A stretch of 64,000 nucleotides of DNA from Eledone cirrhosa (lineage: Eukaryota), in the NCBI GenBank assembly GCA_964016885.1, contig OZ024742.1, forward strand, positions 141,360,001 through 141,424,000. The letters are read 5' to 3'. The notes beneath the pieces were generated by a model. That model had not been told where the DNA came from and made no database searches. It saw nothing but the letters and a program-made list of their open reading frames with translations. A program made the position numbers and the translations under genes. Of this stretch, positions 1 to 15,527 are shown piece after piece. Each line of letters starts with the position of its first letter. Position 1 is the stretch's first letter.

Positions 1-1735
<1,735 letters not shown>

Positions 1736-1908
1736 TATGTGAAGGGCAAAACAAAAAGAATATATGGGGGGGGGGGGGGGAGGGGGGCTAAGAGGAGGTA
1801 AAAATATAAGGGGAGGTAAGAGAGAAAAAAATTTTAAATATACAAGAGTACAGAAGGTAGAATCAGCAAAATAAAAACCGTAGCAGAAGTAAAGAGCAGG
1901 GAAGGAGT

Positions 1909-2066
1909 TCAAGGCGGTTGATTTATCATAGGAGTGTCAATCCAGTTACAGATCAGATGCGATTTCAGATGAGGACAGCATCTGAAGATCTCAGTCTTTG
2001 AGTTAAGGCAAGCGGAAGTGGCTCTCAAGTTTAGCAAAATCCTATATATTTCTGTGGTACACAAAG

Positions 2067-2070
<4 letters not shown>
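1909..2070 (-). pseudogene. C-terminal fragment of a PLE (Naiad-type) GIY-YIG domain
   Basis: CSLCTTEIYRIL...CLNSKTEIFRCCPH matches the CxLCxxE...LNxxxE...CxH tail of the PLE ORFs at 20.3, 22.8 and 28.2 kb; starts at a (TA)n run. Confidence 0.7.
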
Positions 2071-2147
<77 letters not shown>

Positions 2148-2628
2148 ATGTGTGTGTGTGTATGTAAAAAGTAAACAAAACCCATGTAGTCTAGAAGGAA
2201 GCTGATGAGGTCATATGACGCTAAAGTTCGGTTTTTCTTGTTAGTTTACTTTCTTCACTCTTTCTTATAAATACACCCATACAAACATGCATACATACAC
2301 ATATACACCATTTTATTGCATAAAACTGGACGGTCACATTCCCTTACCTTCTAATGTCGCCAAAATATAGAAATTTTGATGAATTGCTTTTGCTATAACC
2401 AGTTTTAGTTAAATATTATTCTCGTAACGATTTGATGTCTGCAAAGTGAAATTTCCATGAATTGACCACAGGATTGACATTAAGTACTTTTTTCTAAAAT
2501 AAGATATTGTTTTGGTGCGTCTAAAAGATAAAAACAAAAAGCGCATCATATATATATGGATATATGTATGTATATATATGTGTGCGTGCGTATATGTATA
2601 TATATCTATGTATATATATGTATATATC

Positions 2629-3000
<372 letters not shown>

Positions 3001-3035
3001 AATATACCTAACTGTACCAAGGATTACACACTTTT

Positions 3036-3074
<39 letters not shown>

Positions 3075-3160
3075 GTAGGAGGTGAGTTTTATTGTAGTAC
3101 AATAAAGCAATGCAGATATCGGATAAGAAGCACTCTACAGTTTGTGGGACTGGAGTATGC

Positions 3161-3495
3161 ATAATATAAGATCAAAAGATGGTTAAAGGAGTTCCATATA
3201 TTTTATTATGCGCATTTCAAAAACAAACATCATCAAGCAATAATATTTGTGTTTTCATCAGATAAAACAGGAGAACATGATATGAAGGCTAAAAAAACAC
3301 TTGTTGATAGTGCAGTTTTAAATCAACATATGATATGTTGATTTAAAACTGCACTATCAACAAGTGTTTTTTTAGCCTTCATATCATGTTCTCCTGTTTT
3401 ATCTGATGAAAACACAAATATTATTGCTTGATGATGTTTGTTTTTGAAATGCGCATAATAAAATATATGGAACTCCTTTAACCATCTTTTGATCT

Positions 3496-3503
<8 letters not shown>
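3161..3503. repeat. Apparently perfect 343-bp palindrome (171-bp arms, 1-nt loop at 3332)
   Basis: Centre CAACATAT-G-ATATGTTG; no mismatch seen on reading both arms. Confidence 0.92.
3396..3464 (+). ncRNA. Type-I hammerhead ribozyme (mirror copy at 3200-3268, minus strand)
   Basis: GTTTTAT-CTGATGA-stem II-GAAA-TGCGCA-TA-ATAAAAT; stem I pairs, palindromic stem III, AUA site. Confidence 0.8.
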
Positions 3504-3550
<47 letters not shown>

Positions 3551-4069
3551 CACATACATGCGCACGAACACGTGCATTCAGACGTACACACACACACACA
3601 CACATATACTCATTCACGGCTGTCTAGTTGATGCTGTTTGACTTCCGATGGAAGCCTTTGGTTCTAGGTTAGAAACGGATTTCTTTTCAATTGGTGACAA
3701 ATTTAAAAAGTAATAGCAGAAAGATATACATATATACCTCCGTATGTGTATATGTGTGTATGTACATATGTGTGTAGAAACATACGTATCAGTGTGTGCA
3801 CCCCCCTCTCTTTCTCTCTCTCTCTATATATATATCTTCCTGCCTGTCAACCTCTTCACTTATCTTTCTCTCCCTCCCTCCCTCTTTCTATATATAAAGA
3901 GAAAGATATATATATAGAGAGATGGAGAGAGAAATAGCGAGAGGGAGAGAGGAGGTGGGGGGGGGGGGGGGGTTAAGAGAGCTGATTTTGGTTTCACGCT
4001 TGTGTGAATTGCAATGATGCGTAAAAGTTAGGTACTGTTAGGTAGAGTGGAATAACATTATTTATTCCG

Positions 4070-4103
<34 letters not shown>

Positions 4104-4209
4104 CATATGTATGTGCAAACACTCACGCGCACACATATACATCCTCATACACACATATACACATATGATAATTAGAAATATATATAATGTATATAATTAG
4201 AAATATATT

Positions 4210-4297
<88 letters not shown>

Positions 4298-4516
4298 GTA
4301 TATATGTGTGTGTGAGTGTGGGTGTGCGTATGCGGTCATTCGCACAAAATCTCACTCCCACACACAATCTCTATATAAAGTACCTAATTTAAGAAAAATC
4401 CAGTAAGTTACACTACAACGCACGGATCTATGTACACCTTTGCACACATATATAGACACATACGTGAATGAGTGTGTCTGTATCTCTCTCCCCATCTTTC
4501 TGTATATTTACATACC

Positions 4517-4598
<82 letters not shown>

Positions 4599-6188
4599 CA
4601 CATATATGTACTTAAGATAACCCAAAGAAACCTTCTGGCATTAAGAAAAGGATAGATTAACGGAATATGTTCTTTCTATTTCATTCTTTAGCTACATAGT
4701 TAAGCTGTTCGATTCACAATTACGTGGTCCAGATCTCGAACACACTGCTCAGCTCTTAAACAACTGACTTCAAACATAGTATCGGGTCAGCTGAAGCCTT
4801 GTGAATGAAACTGCGCGGAAGCTCATTAGATGCAAACCGTCTGGGAGGAATTATGAATATCGGGACCGTTACCTTTCTGTTACTATTGATACAGTCTACA
4901 CTTAGGTAGGTTTAGCCTGCCTCATATGAGCGATTTGATGATCGGCGCCCCCACACCTATCAGAACATCATTTTAGCGGCGTGAGAAGGCGTAATTTGAA
5001 CTCAGAACACACACACACACACATACACACACACACAAACACACACACAAACACACACATAAACACACACATAAACACACACACATACACACACACACAA
5101 ACACACACATAAACACACACATACACACACACACACAAACACACACATAAACACACACAAACACACACATAAACACACACATACACACACACACATACAC
5201 ACACACACAAACACACACATAAAAACACACATACACACATACAAACACACACATAAACGCACACATCCACACACACACATAAACACACACATACACACAC
5301 GCGCGCGCGCACGTAACACTTGACCAGAATTCAGGAAATACTGTATAGTGGCTGCTGTCCACTTATTTTCTGTCCTTAAGTGTATTTCATCCTATTTTCT
5401 AACTCTATTATCATTATCATTGTAGCGATTCTGTGTTTGGATGCTAACATTTTCATATATATATATAACAGATTGATAAAATAAATATAGACTGAAATAA
5501 GCTATTGGGGTGATATGATCTACCAAAATCACCAACATAGCCACAGTCCAACTACTGAAACACCTAAGTTTAAACATTTGTATATATGTATCTGTAATGC
5601 GCCTGTACACCTGAGTATGTATGTGTGCGTTTCTCTCAAGCTGTGTATGCATTTCAATTACGAGCCTTGTAATTACTCTTTTCGGATTAAAAGTCTAGTT
5701 AATGCTCAGCACATATTCCACCTCGTTTGAAATATTTCAATTATGCCGTTGAAAGAAATGTCTAATTCTAACACTATGATTTATATCTGTACCACATATT
5801 TTACTTATTGAACTTAGTTATACACACTGTTAGCAAACAATCGATTTTAATCAATAAAACTGCTTTCACTGTCTGTATAGAACGTTAAAATCTCTTTCCA
5901 CCTGATATTATCTTAAACACAACAGTGCAACATACACTAGAATAAAGAATAATGTAAGAATCCTTCGATAGATTTTCAGTATTTTCCTTCTACCAAGATG
6001 ACAAAAACATACAAGTCATTAAATTAATATATAAATAAAAAAGGTGATCAGCTCATAACAACACCGAGATAGGAGAAAATAAAGATTTTTGACGATGAGA
6101 ACTGTCTGAAAATAGCAGATACAGTAGAAATAAGAAATACACACAAATAAAGTATTAATGAGTAGTACAGTGATGTATATTTATATGT

Positions 6189-6426
6189 TTAACCCTTTTG
6201 ATACCAACACGCCTGAAACAGCCCCTGGTTTAATAATACAAGACTCGGTTTTAAAGAGTTCTTGATTATATTAAAACCTTTCGACATAATTTAATGTAGG
6301 AATATTTAGTTAAGTACTGTTCCAAACATCAGCTTAATGTAAAATTCAAGCTTTCTTGATTATTTTCAAGATCAATTGAAACATGGTCTGTGTATTTCGT
6401 TAGAAATGTGGTAATGAAATGGTTAA
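6189..6426. mobile_element. piggyBac-type MITE, degenerate
   Basis: TTAA-CCCTTTTGATACCA ... TGGTAATGAAATGG-TTAA; imperfect TIRs flanked by TTAA. Confidence 0.5.
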
Positions 6427-6534
6427 AACATACATGATCGGAGTTGTATTTATTTGAAAAGAGAAATAGAGAACCAGTAAGCAGTACACTGAGGCATATT
6501 ATTATAAACTGTTTATCAGTTCATTATTGTGTAG

Positions 6535-6639
6535 GCCGAGGTTGACTTTGCCTTTCATCCTTACGGGGTCGATAAAATAAAGTACCAGTAATGTACTGGG
6601 TAATTGCTGGCCTTGTGCCTAAAAGTAGAAACAATTATT
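6535..6639 (+). mobile_element. 5'-truncated tRNA-derived SINE
   Basis: Core GCCTTTCATCCTTACGGGGTCGATAAAATAAAGTACCAG and tail GGCCTTGTGCC..AGTAGAAACAATT shared with about 10 copies in the window. Confidence 0.85.
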
Positions 6640-7212
6640 GTGTAGTAGACTTAATCCGTTGCCCGTTTTAACATCACTAGTGCTGGGTGTTATTAGCGGA
6701 GTCCATTCTGTTGCAAGAATTCGGATCAGCTCTCCGGTTTGAGAATATCTCCTGTCTCCCCTCTCACCAGTCTTGAAGGCTCTGAAAAGCACTGGAACCC
6801 TTCATTCCCCGATTAAACACACTTCCACCAACAATTCACGTAACATACGCAGCATAATATGCACCCCATTTACATACAATCTCTAATTACACGCTGCAAC
6901 CATCACTTCGACCCCACCCCCGCACGCCGGACCACTCCCCCACCCATCATAACCCCCCCCTTTTCGTTTTCATTTTTATTTTTAAATCTTTATTTTCTTT
7001 GCGTTTTTCTTTTATTATTCTTCTTTATTCCTTTTATTCTACACTCCAAACTCTATTAATCATGAATACGGCCAGACACATTGACTGTTTAACTCTCTTT
7101 CTTTTAAGCATGAAACTAATAAGACTATATGTTAATGCATCTTCCCGTTTGTTTGTTTCTTGTATTCTTGATATATATATATCTGGAAGTAAAACACTTT
7201 TGAACTCTAGCG

Positions 7213-7298
7213 CATGCATTAAAACACGTTTATATGCATTTAAACACGTTTACATGCATTTAAACACGTTTACATGTATTTAAACACGTTTACATGCA
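7213..7298 (+). repeat. 20-bp minisatellite (TAAACACGTTTACATGCATT), about 4 copies
   Basis: Visible tandem units. Confidence 0.85.
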
Positions 7299-8063
7299 TG
7301 AAAATTTTAAAGAAAAATTAAAACTAAAAAATATACCTTGATTTCTTTTTTATTTGTTATTATCATTTTATCTATAATCAATTTATTTTTTTCTTTAATT
7401 TCCAGCAACTTATTAATCCAACATATACTGATCATTTGTTATCGGTTGGCGATGGGACGTGGCTGGATGTGGTGGGGAATGACAGAATGTAAATAAGTTA
7501 TTTCATATCAACAATGTCATCATCTATTCTCTGTTCATTAACATTTTTCAACAATCGTTCTTATTGATTATTTCCTATTTTTTCTTTACTTTTGCTTTTG
7601 TTTTTATTTATTTATATTATTTCGTGCAATGCTTGTTCCGGTTCTCTGTGTTCTGCAATATCTATTTAGTATTTCATCATTTCAGGGTCGATAAAGAAAG
7701 TACTAAATCTGTTCTGCTGCAACTCTCCCTCTTTCTTGTTGTCATGGTTTGGGCGTTCCGCTAGCTCAAGTGCTTGAAAGCCAAGATAAGCTTAGTGTCT
7801 GCTCGTTACTAATGGGTAACATAAAACCATTAGTGAAAGTATTTTTCATATTACCTAGTCATCATTGATTGTCAAAATAGGAATTACTCTTTGTAGAACC
7901 TATGTGTTTGCTATTTATCTCTTTCTCATTAGTGGCGTCTCTATGTGTTCACTTGTTATTTGTGTTCTGGTTACTCAATGTCGACAATGGAAGACACGAA
8001 CAAGTGAAGAACACAATAGAAAGATTGAAGAAACGGACATAGGATGTCAATCAGTTTTTGATG

Positions 8064-8126
<63 letters not shown>

Positions 8127-9618
8127 GATATCGGAAATGGAAATTTCGTGTGTTTAAATCTAGGTGAAACTCAAGAGGCTTATCTACCTATGTGTGACAA
8201 GAAGTGAAGTATGAAGTTATTCGTTGTGATACACCACATTAAAATAACCAATACATCAACAACTTAGAGATATTTCTAAATCCGATTAACCAATACTCTT
8301 TTTGAATGAGATTAGAAACTTCTAATTCCAAATATGTTATTTAAATACTGGATGTTAAGCCAGTAAGGGAAGCTCTATGCAGTGTTTCACCTATTAGAAA
8401 GAACAACCAAATCTCCCTCGAAACTACACCATACTGTCTTAGAAAAGGAAGGACACGAAGAATAATATAGTCATGTATACACAATGCTTTACACCAATGA
8501 TTTCCAAACTGATTCCCCGAATCGTTAAATTAACGTTTAAGTGGCTAACTATTCCACAAACATGCCCACTATTAACGTAATTCCCAAGCTGAACCAGCGT
8601 GACACAATATGTGACAATGCTGGACCTATGAATTAAAGATAAAATCTGACGGGTTTCCGTATATTTTTCCTCAAGCCAATTTCACTTACAAAGCTGGGGT
8701 CTACCCGATGCTATTGTAAAAGACACTAGCCTAAGATTTCACTACCTGGCATCGAACTCGGAGACTTGCGAAACGAATTTCGTAACCACTGAACCATACT
8801 TGGATCCATGCGATTGAATATATTATTTCTAATACAGAAGTAATACAGACAGCTAAGTCGTATTCATTTTCTTGTGTGATACTTGAGAGGCGACATAACA
8901 AGTAGATTGCCTCTTCATATCAATTATCAACAAACATCGGACCCGGTTTAGCATCAAATAAGTATGTACATCTAAATTCGCTGATTAAAACTCACAGGTG
9001 TGTGTTTTGGCCAGTATTAATGAAGAACTAAATCTAATAAACGCTAATAATCTAAATTAAATAAGCATTGAATTTAATCTGATAGAAAGAAATAATTTGT
9101 CGTATTAATTCATATATTAATTAAAATTAGCCGCAATTATCCCTCTTTAATTTGACGGTTTCAAACATATAGTTTGATATTCTCCAGACGAATGCATAAT
9201 GATTTATAACGGAATCTAGATAGGTTATTTAGGAAATTATAATCAAAATCGTTTATTAAAACTCGCCTTAACCATCATTAGTTTTATTCAAATATTATTC
9301 ATTACACTAATTAAGAAGTTCTATATTATCTTAAATTCTAACTGTAATTATATGTTTCTGTATTTGCGATATATAATAAATCATTATAAAGATAGTGTCT
9401 CCGCGCTTCTGACATACGACAACGACAATTACCACACACACATACGAATAACAATACGTATGTATGTATGTATATATGTGGTGTGCACATATATATATAT
9501 ATAAATTCATATATATATATGTGTGTATGTATATATACGCGTATGCACACTCACCACACACACATATATATATACAATGATATTAAATAAATGGAAACTA
9601 TATTTATAAAACCATATT

Positions 9619-9680
9619 TATTCTATTATATATATTTCAAGGGTACTAAAAACTTTGGTACGCTTTCATCAGATAAAATA
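9619..9680 (-). ncRNA. Type-I hammerhead ribozyme
   Basis: Minus strand: TATTTTAT-CTGATGA-AAGCGTAC..GTACCCTT-GAAA-TATATA-TA-ATAGAATA; 8-bp stem I; flanks resemble the 3396 HHR. Confidence 0.78.
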
Positions 9681-9791
9681 CAAAGTGTGTTTTATAAATT
9701 TTGACATAGCCAAGGAAACATACCTTATCAGTTGAATTTTCCTTGGATAGTCCACCCTGATGCAAGCATTATAGTTTAAATACCCCTTCTA

Positions 9792-9869
<78 letters not shown>

Positions 9870-9916
9870 TATATATATATATACATTACATGTTTTATAT
9901 TTATTATTATTTTCTT

Positions 9917-10035
9917 AGTTCAAATCCCGCCGAGGTTAACTTTGCCTTTCATCTTTACGGGGTCGATAAAATAAAGTACCAGTAATACACTGAGTAATTG
10001 CTAGCCTTGTGCCAAAAGTAGAAACAATTATTATT
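9917..10035 (+). mobile_element. 5'-truncated SINE, same family
   Basis: B box AGTTCAAATCC, core and (ATT)n tail. Confidence 0.85.
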
Positions 10036-10107
10036 TCTATTTTTTCCGTCCTTTCATGTTTTCCCTGCTAACTCCCCCTCACCCCCTCTCGGAGTTCCTC
10101 CCTTCAC

Positions 10108-10143
10108 TCTTCTGATGAAGGACTTATGTCCGAAACGTAGAAA
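10108..10143 (+). ncRNA. Minimal PLE-type hammerhead motif
   Basis: CTGATGA-AGGAC-TTAT-GTCC-GAAACGTA; stem I weak. Confidence 0.6.
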
Positions 10144-10228
10144 TACGCCCCCCCCCATTTTCACCAAGCGTGAAGCTAATAACACTATGTACCATTGACT
10201 CCTGCGTTTGTTTGTTTGTCATTTTGAA

Positions 10229-10284
<56 letters not shown>

Positions 10285-11523
10285 GCGCACACACGCACAC
10301 ACACACACACATATATATATATATAAAATATATAAATTCATGAGTTGAGACAATTTACTGCATCAGATGTTGCAGCTGCTAGGCTAAATTGCTTTACACG
10401 TATATGCCAACACCCGGGAAATGTTTTTACGCGAGTGTAGGTGTGGCCACAGACATGGACACACGCATACACATCTATAGTTAGTTATACCAGCACACAC
10501 ACACATGATGTAAAGTGTCTTTATTTTAGAATTTCTAGTACATTTTAGGAAACATTTCCCACAATAGAATGGTTGTTTTGTTAACATGTTCGCACTTTCT
10601 ATTTTCTTATTCCCTAGAAAGTGACCGGTCGCTGTTGTCATTTCTTATACGCTTAATATCAACACGCATTAAACATACATATTTAAAGCCAGGATATGTA
10701 ATAAGCTTATCTCTGAAATAAATATTATATCTAAATATATAGATGATGTAATTAGTTAATTAACTCATCATCAGCCCATAAATATTTACCCATTCACTAT
10801 CGGATTTAGACTTTGTTCAGTCCTTAAATATACAATGCTTGGAAGCCCCTTTGATAAAAGCATTACAGTAGAAAGTCTCACAAAAATTAAAAACAGCTAT
10901 GCCTTTTTAATTATTTTGAGGCCTTTGAAGACCATGATGCTTTGTTTAGCTTATGCCTCAATCCGGCACTGCACCCAATCCTTCCTTCCTCAGAAGTAGA
11001 TAATTTTGGAGCTTCCTACGCATTTATGTTTTTCTCATATGTTGGCATAGTCGTTATGCGGTATTTGTTCCGGCCTTCTGCATTTTGAGTTCCATCCGTT
11101 GTCTATAAATAAAGTAGGAGTCTATAACCTCCGAAACTGCTGAACAGGAGGAAGGAAGCAAGGTATATCAAAATGGGGACCTGTCCGAATGCTTGCATCA
11201 GGGTGGACTCCACTAAACACACCCATTAGCCAAGTAGTGTTAAACTGTGCGACGTTCTAACGACCCCGTCAATCAATAGCCCTAGACAGGTACTTTATTT
11301 ATTGACTCTGGGAGGATGAAAGACAAAGTTGTCCTCAGCGAAATCGGAATAACTACCGCAAGGCCTTTTGTCCAATGCTCAGATGCTTCAAAATGTCACT
11401 GTCTTCCCCTTCTGATTAAGTCATAAAAACTACAAAAGGCATGGAGGGATGTAATATAACTTATACATATACGATAGCTGTGAGTTATAAGAAGCCACTT
11501 TTCTTGATATTATAGCACGAACT

Positions 11524-11718
11524 AATAATTGTTTCTACTATTGGCACAAGGCCAGCAATTACCCAGTACATTACTGGTACTTTATTTTATCAACCCCGTA
11601 AGGATGAAAGGCAAAATTAACCTCGGCGGGATTTGAACTCAGAATGGCAAGGGCCGTAACTCTATGCGTCAAAGGATGGCGTCCGATCCTCTACCGATAC
11701 TGCCAATCCACTGCCCCT
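11524..11718 (-). mobile_element. Full-length tRNA-derived SINE (Nin/Deu-like core, octopod type)
   Basis: Minus strand: A box TGGCAGTATCGG, B box GAGTTCAAATCC, core and (ATT)n tail. Confidence 0.85.
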
Positions 11719-12777
11719 ATGGCGTGGAGTAAAGTACTAACAGAATAAATTTATCTTGGGTGTCAGTTGTATATAGTTTAACTGTTTTTATCAAGCAACA
11801 ATCATACCTCAGACTCACAACATTCGCCATGGAACCATCGTAGGACCCTTTACGTGTTCACTCGAATTGTTAGAATTAAAAGCCAAATATCACTGAAATT
11901 ACACCCCAATGTTTTAGAAAAGGGATGAACATATTGAATAATCTATTCCTAGTTAAAAGAAAAGGAGGGTCTTAGAACACATTTGATCGTCTGTCTACTT
12001 GATAAGCTCTGAAATCGAGGCTGTACAACGGCAAATAAGGCCCCGGGAGGAATTTTATCAAATTTGTTTTTCATCTGGTCGATTTGGAGAAAGAATCAGT
12101 GCCCATGGTCTTTACAGGCTCTCCAAGACCAGAGCGATCGATTAATTATAGTCGTAACAATAATATAGTCTTAATAAATTTTGAGAAGGGCATGAATTTA
12201 CAAATTCTTGTCTTCCTTTCATTTTGCTCCAATTCACCCACCCTCACCCGCCAAAAAACCAAATTTATTTCGTTGCTTTAAATCAAAAGAACCTGAGATT
12301 AGTAAAACTCTTTATACAATTATTAATGCTTCTGATGAAAATGTATCTTCTGCTCCAGGTGTTATTCCTTTTATCCATGTTATAAAAAGTAAGGCACTTC
12401 TGTGTAAGAAGTTTTCACAAGTCTGCTAATTAATTGATTAGTGGGTATATTTGGTAACCTATTGATATATAACATTTGTTAATGCTTCATTTGTTTGTTA
12501 GAAAAGAAATGCCTAAAGTCTTTTCAGACTCTCTTAATGAATGAATGAGGTTGATCATTGATATGTCTGTCTAGTTTGTATCGTTAACGGTTAGTAGAGG
12601 TGGGAAGCATGAGATGCAAGGGGAGTTCCAAAGTGACGTCAATTTGACACACAATGACTTAAAGGAAAAGGTGAAGGAGAATGTTTAAGTGGATGAGTAT
12701 ATATTCCGGCTCCTTACGTTCTGACTTCAAATCTCACCAAAGTCAACTTTGCGTTTCATTTCCCCAGAGTCGATAAA

Positions 12778-13300
12778 TACCATATTATTCCGTGTATTGC
12801 GCGCATTCGTATATAACGCGCATATTTTTGATATAGAGAGATGTCTGGAAAAGCCTAGTTTTGATGTATAACGCGCAGGAACAATCAGGAAAATCTGCTG
12901 CTGGACGTTCAAGCTAGAGAACATTGGAGATTGTAGAGATGTATGCATAATGTGTTACCCCAACACTGGACATCGGGGTTAACCGTCCTATGAAAACACT
13001 ACTTCTACAGAAATGGAACAGCTGGATGTTAGAAGCTGGATGTATAACACAGTTATACGCCATCAGGTCTTCATAGAAAAACTAACACTTTCACTCATCT
13101 GCCAATGAATCCTGGACACATGGACATAACTTGACCCAAGCATCATTGTAAAATCATTCAAGAAGTGCTGCATCTCAAATGCAATGGATGGTTCTGAAGA
13201 TGACATAATTTGGGAAGAACCCACCAATAACATAGTGAGAACTACAACCCAAAAAACAGTGATGACGATGATGACCTTGCTTACATCGACATCGAATTCC
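12778..13300 (+). mobile_element. Internally deleted pogo-family (Tc1/mariner) transposon remnant
   Basis: TIR-like start TACCATATTATTCCGTGTATTGCGCGCA..GTATATAACGCGCA; translated LDIGVNRPMKTLLLQKWNSWM and IVKSFKKCCISNAMDGSEDDIIWE are pogo/POGK-like C-terminal motifs; right TIR not found. Confidence 0.7.
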
Positions 13301-13426
13301 TGTGAACAGAGCAACAGTACCTGGACCTGTGTCAGTCAGATGATGAAGAAGAAGAGTTCCTTGGTTAGTGAACATTTCTTCATGTATTTTTATTTTAGTG
13401 ATTGATGAATATTATTTATGAGTTCT

Positions 13427-13514
13427 TTGTCTTTCATCTTTACGGGGTCGATAAAATAAAGCACCAGTAATGCACTTGGGTAATTGCTGACCTTGTGCCA
13501 AAAATAGAAACAAT
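13427..13514 (+). mobile_element. 5'-truncated SINE
   Basis: Core and tail of the same SINE family. Confidence 0.8.
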
Positions 13515-13744
13515 TTTTTATGTAATTAAGATGACTTAGTGTTATTTTTCAAATATTGACTTGCGCTTCTTTTTGTGCTTGAAAAATATAAACTGTCCTT
13601 AATGTAGTGCTTGATAATATAGCAACTCTACTTGATGTAGTACCCATGATACGGTTTCCTGTCTTCTGATGGTTGTTTTCTCGGGAATACGTCTGAAAAA
13701 CGCTGGAAACATTTAGTTATGGTGTAAACTGCGTACCCCCATAA

Positions 13745-13830
13745 CAAAAAAAGTAAAAAAAGTAAAAAAAGTAAAAAAAGTAAAAAAAGTAAAAAAAGTA
13801 AAAAAAGTAAAAAAAGTAAAAAAAGTAAAA
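13745..13830 (+). repeat. 9-bp tandem repeat (AAAAAAAGT)n
   Basis: Visible tandem units. Confidence 0.9.
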
Positions 13831-14140
13831 CAAAATCTAAGACGAATACGGTAATGTACCTGTCTAGGGTGTCGGACTCGCAGAATTGTAAACACTTCGG
13901 GCATGCGGGATTTATTCAGCTTTTTGCGTTCTCTGTTCAAACCCCGTATTTATTAATACAATATATTTTTGATACGTCGTGAGTTAGTTTGACTTTATTG
14001 GTATTGAAAATTAGTTAACGAAATATATACTCCTCGAAAACGTCACAAAGAGAATTTAAAGCATCAAGTTCCTAATAAGTTTCTAGTGTCACTACTCTTT
14101 GTGTATGTATGTCTGTATATATGTATATATATATATATAT

Positions 14141-14248
14141 ATAAACGGAAAAAATGAAACAAAATTTCATTTCTCACTCTTAGTACGGCTGTTACTTAAA
14201 TATAAGTATGTATACGTACATACATATATGTATACAGACGTACAGTAG

Positions 14249-14312
<64 letters not shown>

Positions 14313-14987
14313 CATGCACACATATATACATGTACGTATGGATTCCCGAACATTTATTATAATGCTCGGTGTGTTTGTAAACAAACATCCCGAATTAAGC
14401 CGTACAGTGTCTAGCAACCATCGTTGCTCATTTGTTCAACATTGACAAAGGAACGCTGTACTTATAATAAATGTTCGGTGAATCCATACGTACATGTATA
14501 TATGTGTGCATGTATGTATATATATACATACTACTGTACGTCTGTATACATATATGTATGTACGTATACATACTTATATTTAAATAACAGCCGTGCTAAG
14601 AGTGAGAAATGAAATTTCGTTTCATTTTTTCGGTTTATCGTTTTCGGTACCCCGGCCGATTAACTCACTCGATATGCAAATTAGGCTGCTCAGCCGTTAA
14701 TATGCATAAGGAAAGTTTATACTTTCAGACGTTCAACCATCTGGCAGGGAGGTATACGTTGCTGACGATAGCTAATAAGCTTGAAACTAGTACAGCGTTC
14801 CTTTGTCAGTGTTGGAAAAATGAGCAACGATGGTTGCTAGACACTGTACGGCTTAATTCGAGATGTTTGTTTACATTATAATAAATGTTCGGTGAATCCA
14901 TACGTACATGTATATATGTGTGCATGTATGTATATATATACATACTAATGTACGTCTGTATACATATATGTATGTACGTATACATAC

Positions 14988-14990
<3 letters not shown>
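14141..14990 (+). mobile_element. Retrozyme-like non-autonomous element: ~414-bp unit in partial tandem plus an inverted copy, inside (TA)n
   Basis: 14462-14578 repeats at 14876-14990; 14141-14462 is an inverted, circularly permuted copy; HHR present in the unit. Confidence 0.75.
14756..14798 (+). ncRNA. Canonical minimal type-I hammerhead ribozyme
   Basis: ACGTTG-CTGACGA-TAGCT AATA AGCTT-GAAAC TA GTA-CAGCGT; 6-bp stem I, palindromic stem III, GUA site. Confidence 0.85.
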
Positions 14991-15018
<28 letters not shown>

Positions 15019-15119
15019 AGAGAGAAAAAAGAGATAGAGTGTGAAAGATAGCGATTATATTTATGATTGCGATTATGTATGTTTGTGAATCGATGTGCGG
15101 TATTCAGCATTCGTGTATG

Positions 15120-15155
<36 letters not shown>

Positions 15156-15300
15156 AGGGTTGACGGACCCACCATATTTATCAATATCAGTACCGGTTGT
15201 ATCTCAGCACACTCAATGGGCAATGTAAGATACATTACCAGAGTATACACATAGTTATTTGCCTCAACACAGCACACGTAAAACGGGTGCCTATAAGGTT

Positions 15301-15410
15301 CCCGGACTCGAGTTTCTGCCGCACTAATGCAGCAGTAAGGTGCTCTGCACCATCTATCTGCATATATTATGCAACAATGCACAATCGGCTTATGCGGCTT
15401 CATCAGCGGG
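15301..15410 (-). ncRNA. Type-I hammerhead with an 83-nt branched stem II
   Basis: Minus strand: CCCG-CTGATGA-A GCCGCA...TGCGGC A-GAAAC TCGA GTC-CGGG; lies in a ~300-bp island (15153-15450) flanked by (TA)n. Confidence 0.8.
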
Positions 15411-15459
15411 TATCGCCTAATCAATAACCAATCGATCGACATAATCCAATATATATATA

Positions 15460-15527
<68 letters not shown>

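Noticed and set aside
2195-2240. CTGATGA-GGTC-ATAT-GAC hammerhead-like motif
   Set aside because: GAAA core is missing; at best a decayed copy
6690-6840. EKHW...RLNTLPP resembling a PLE endonuclease tail
   Set aside because: Needs frameshifts and is too short to support
11524-11718. tRNA gene
   Set aside because: A and B boxes belong to a SINE head; no cloverleaf evident
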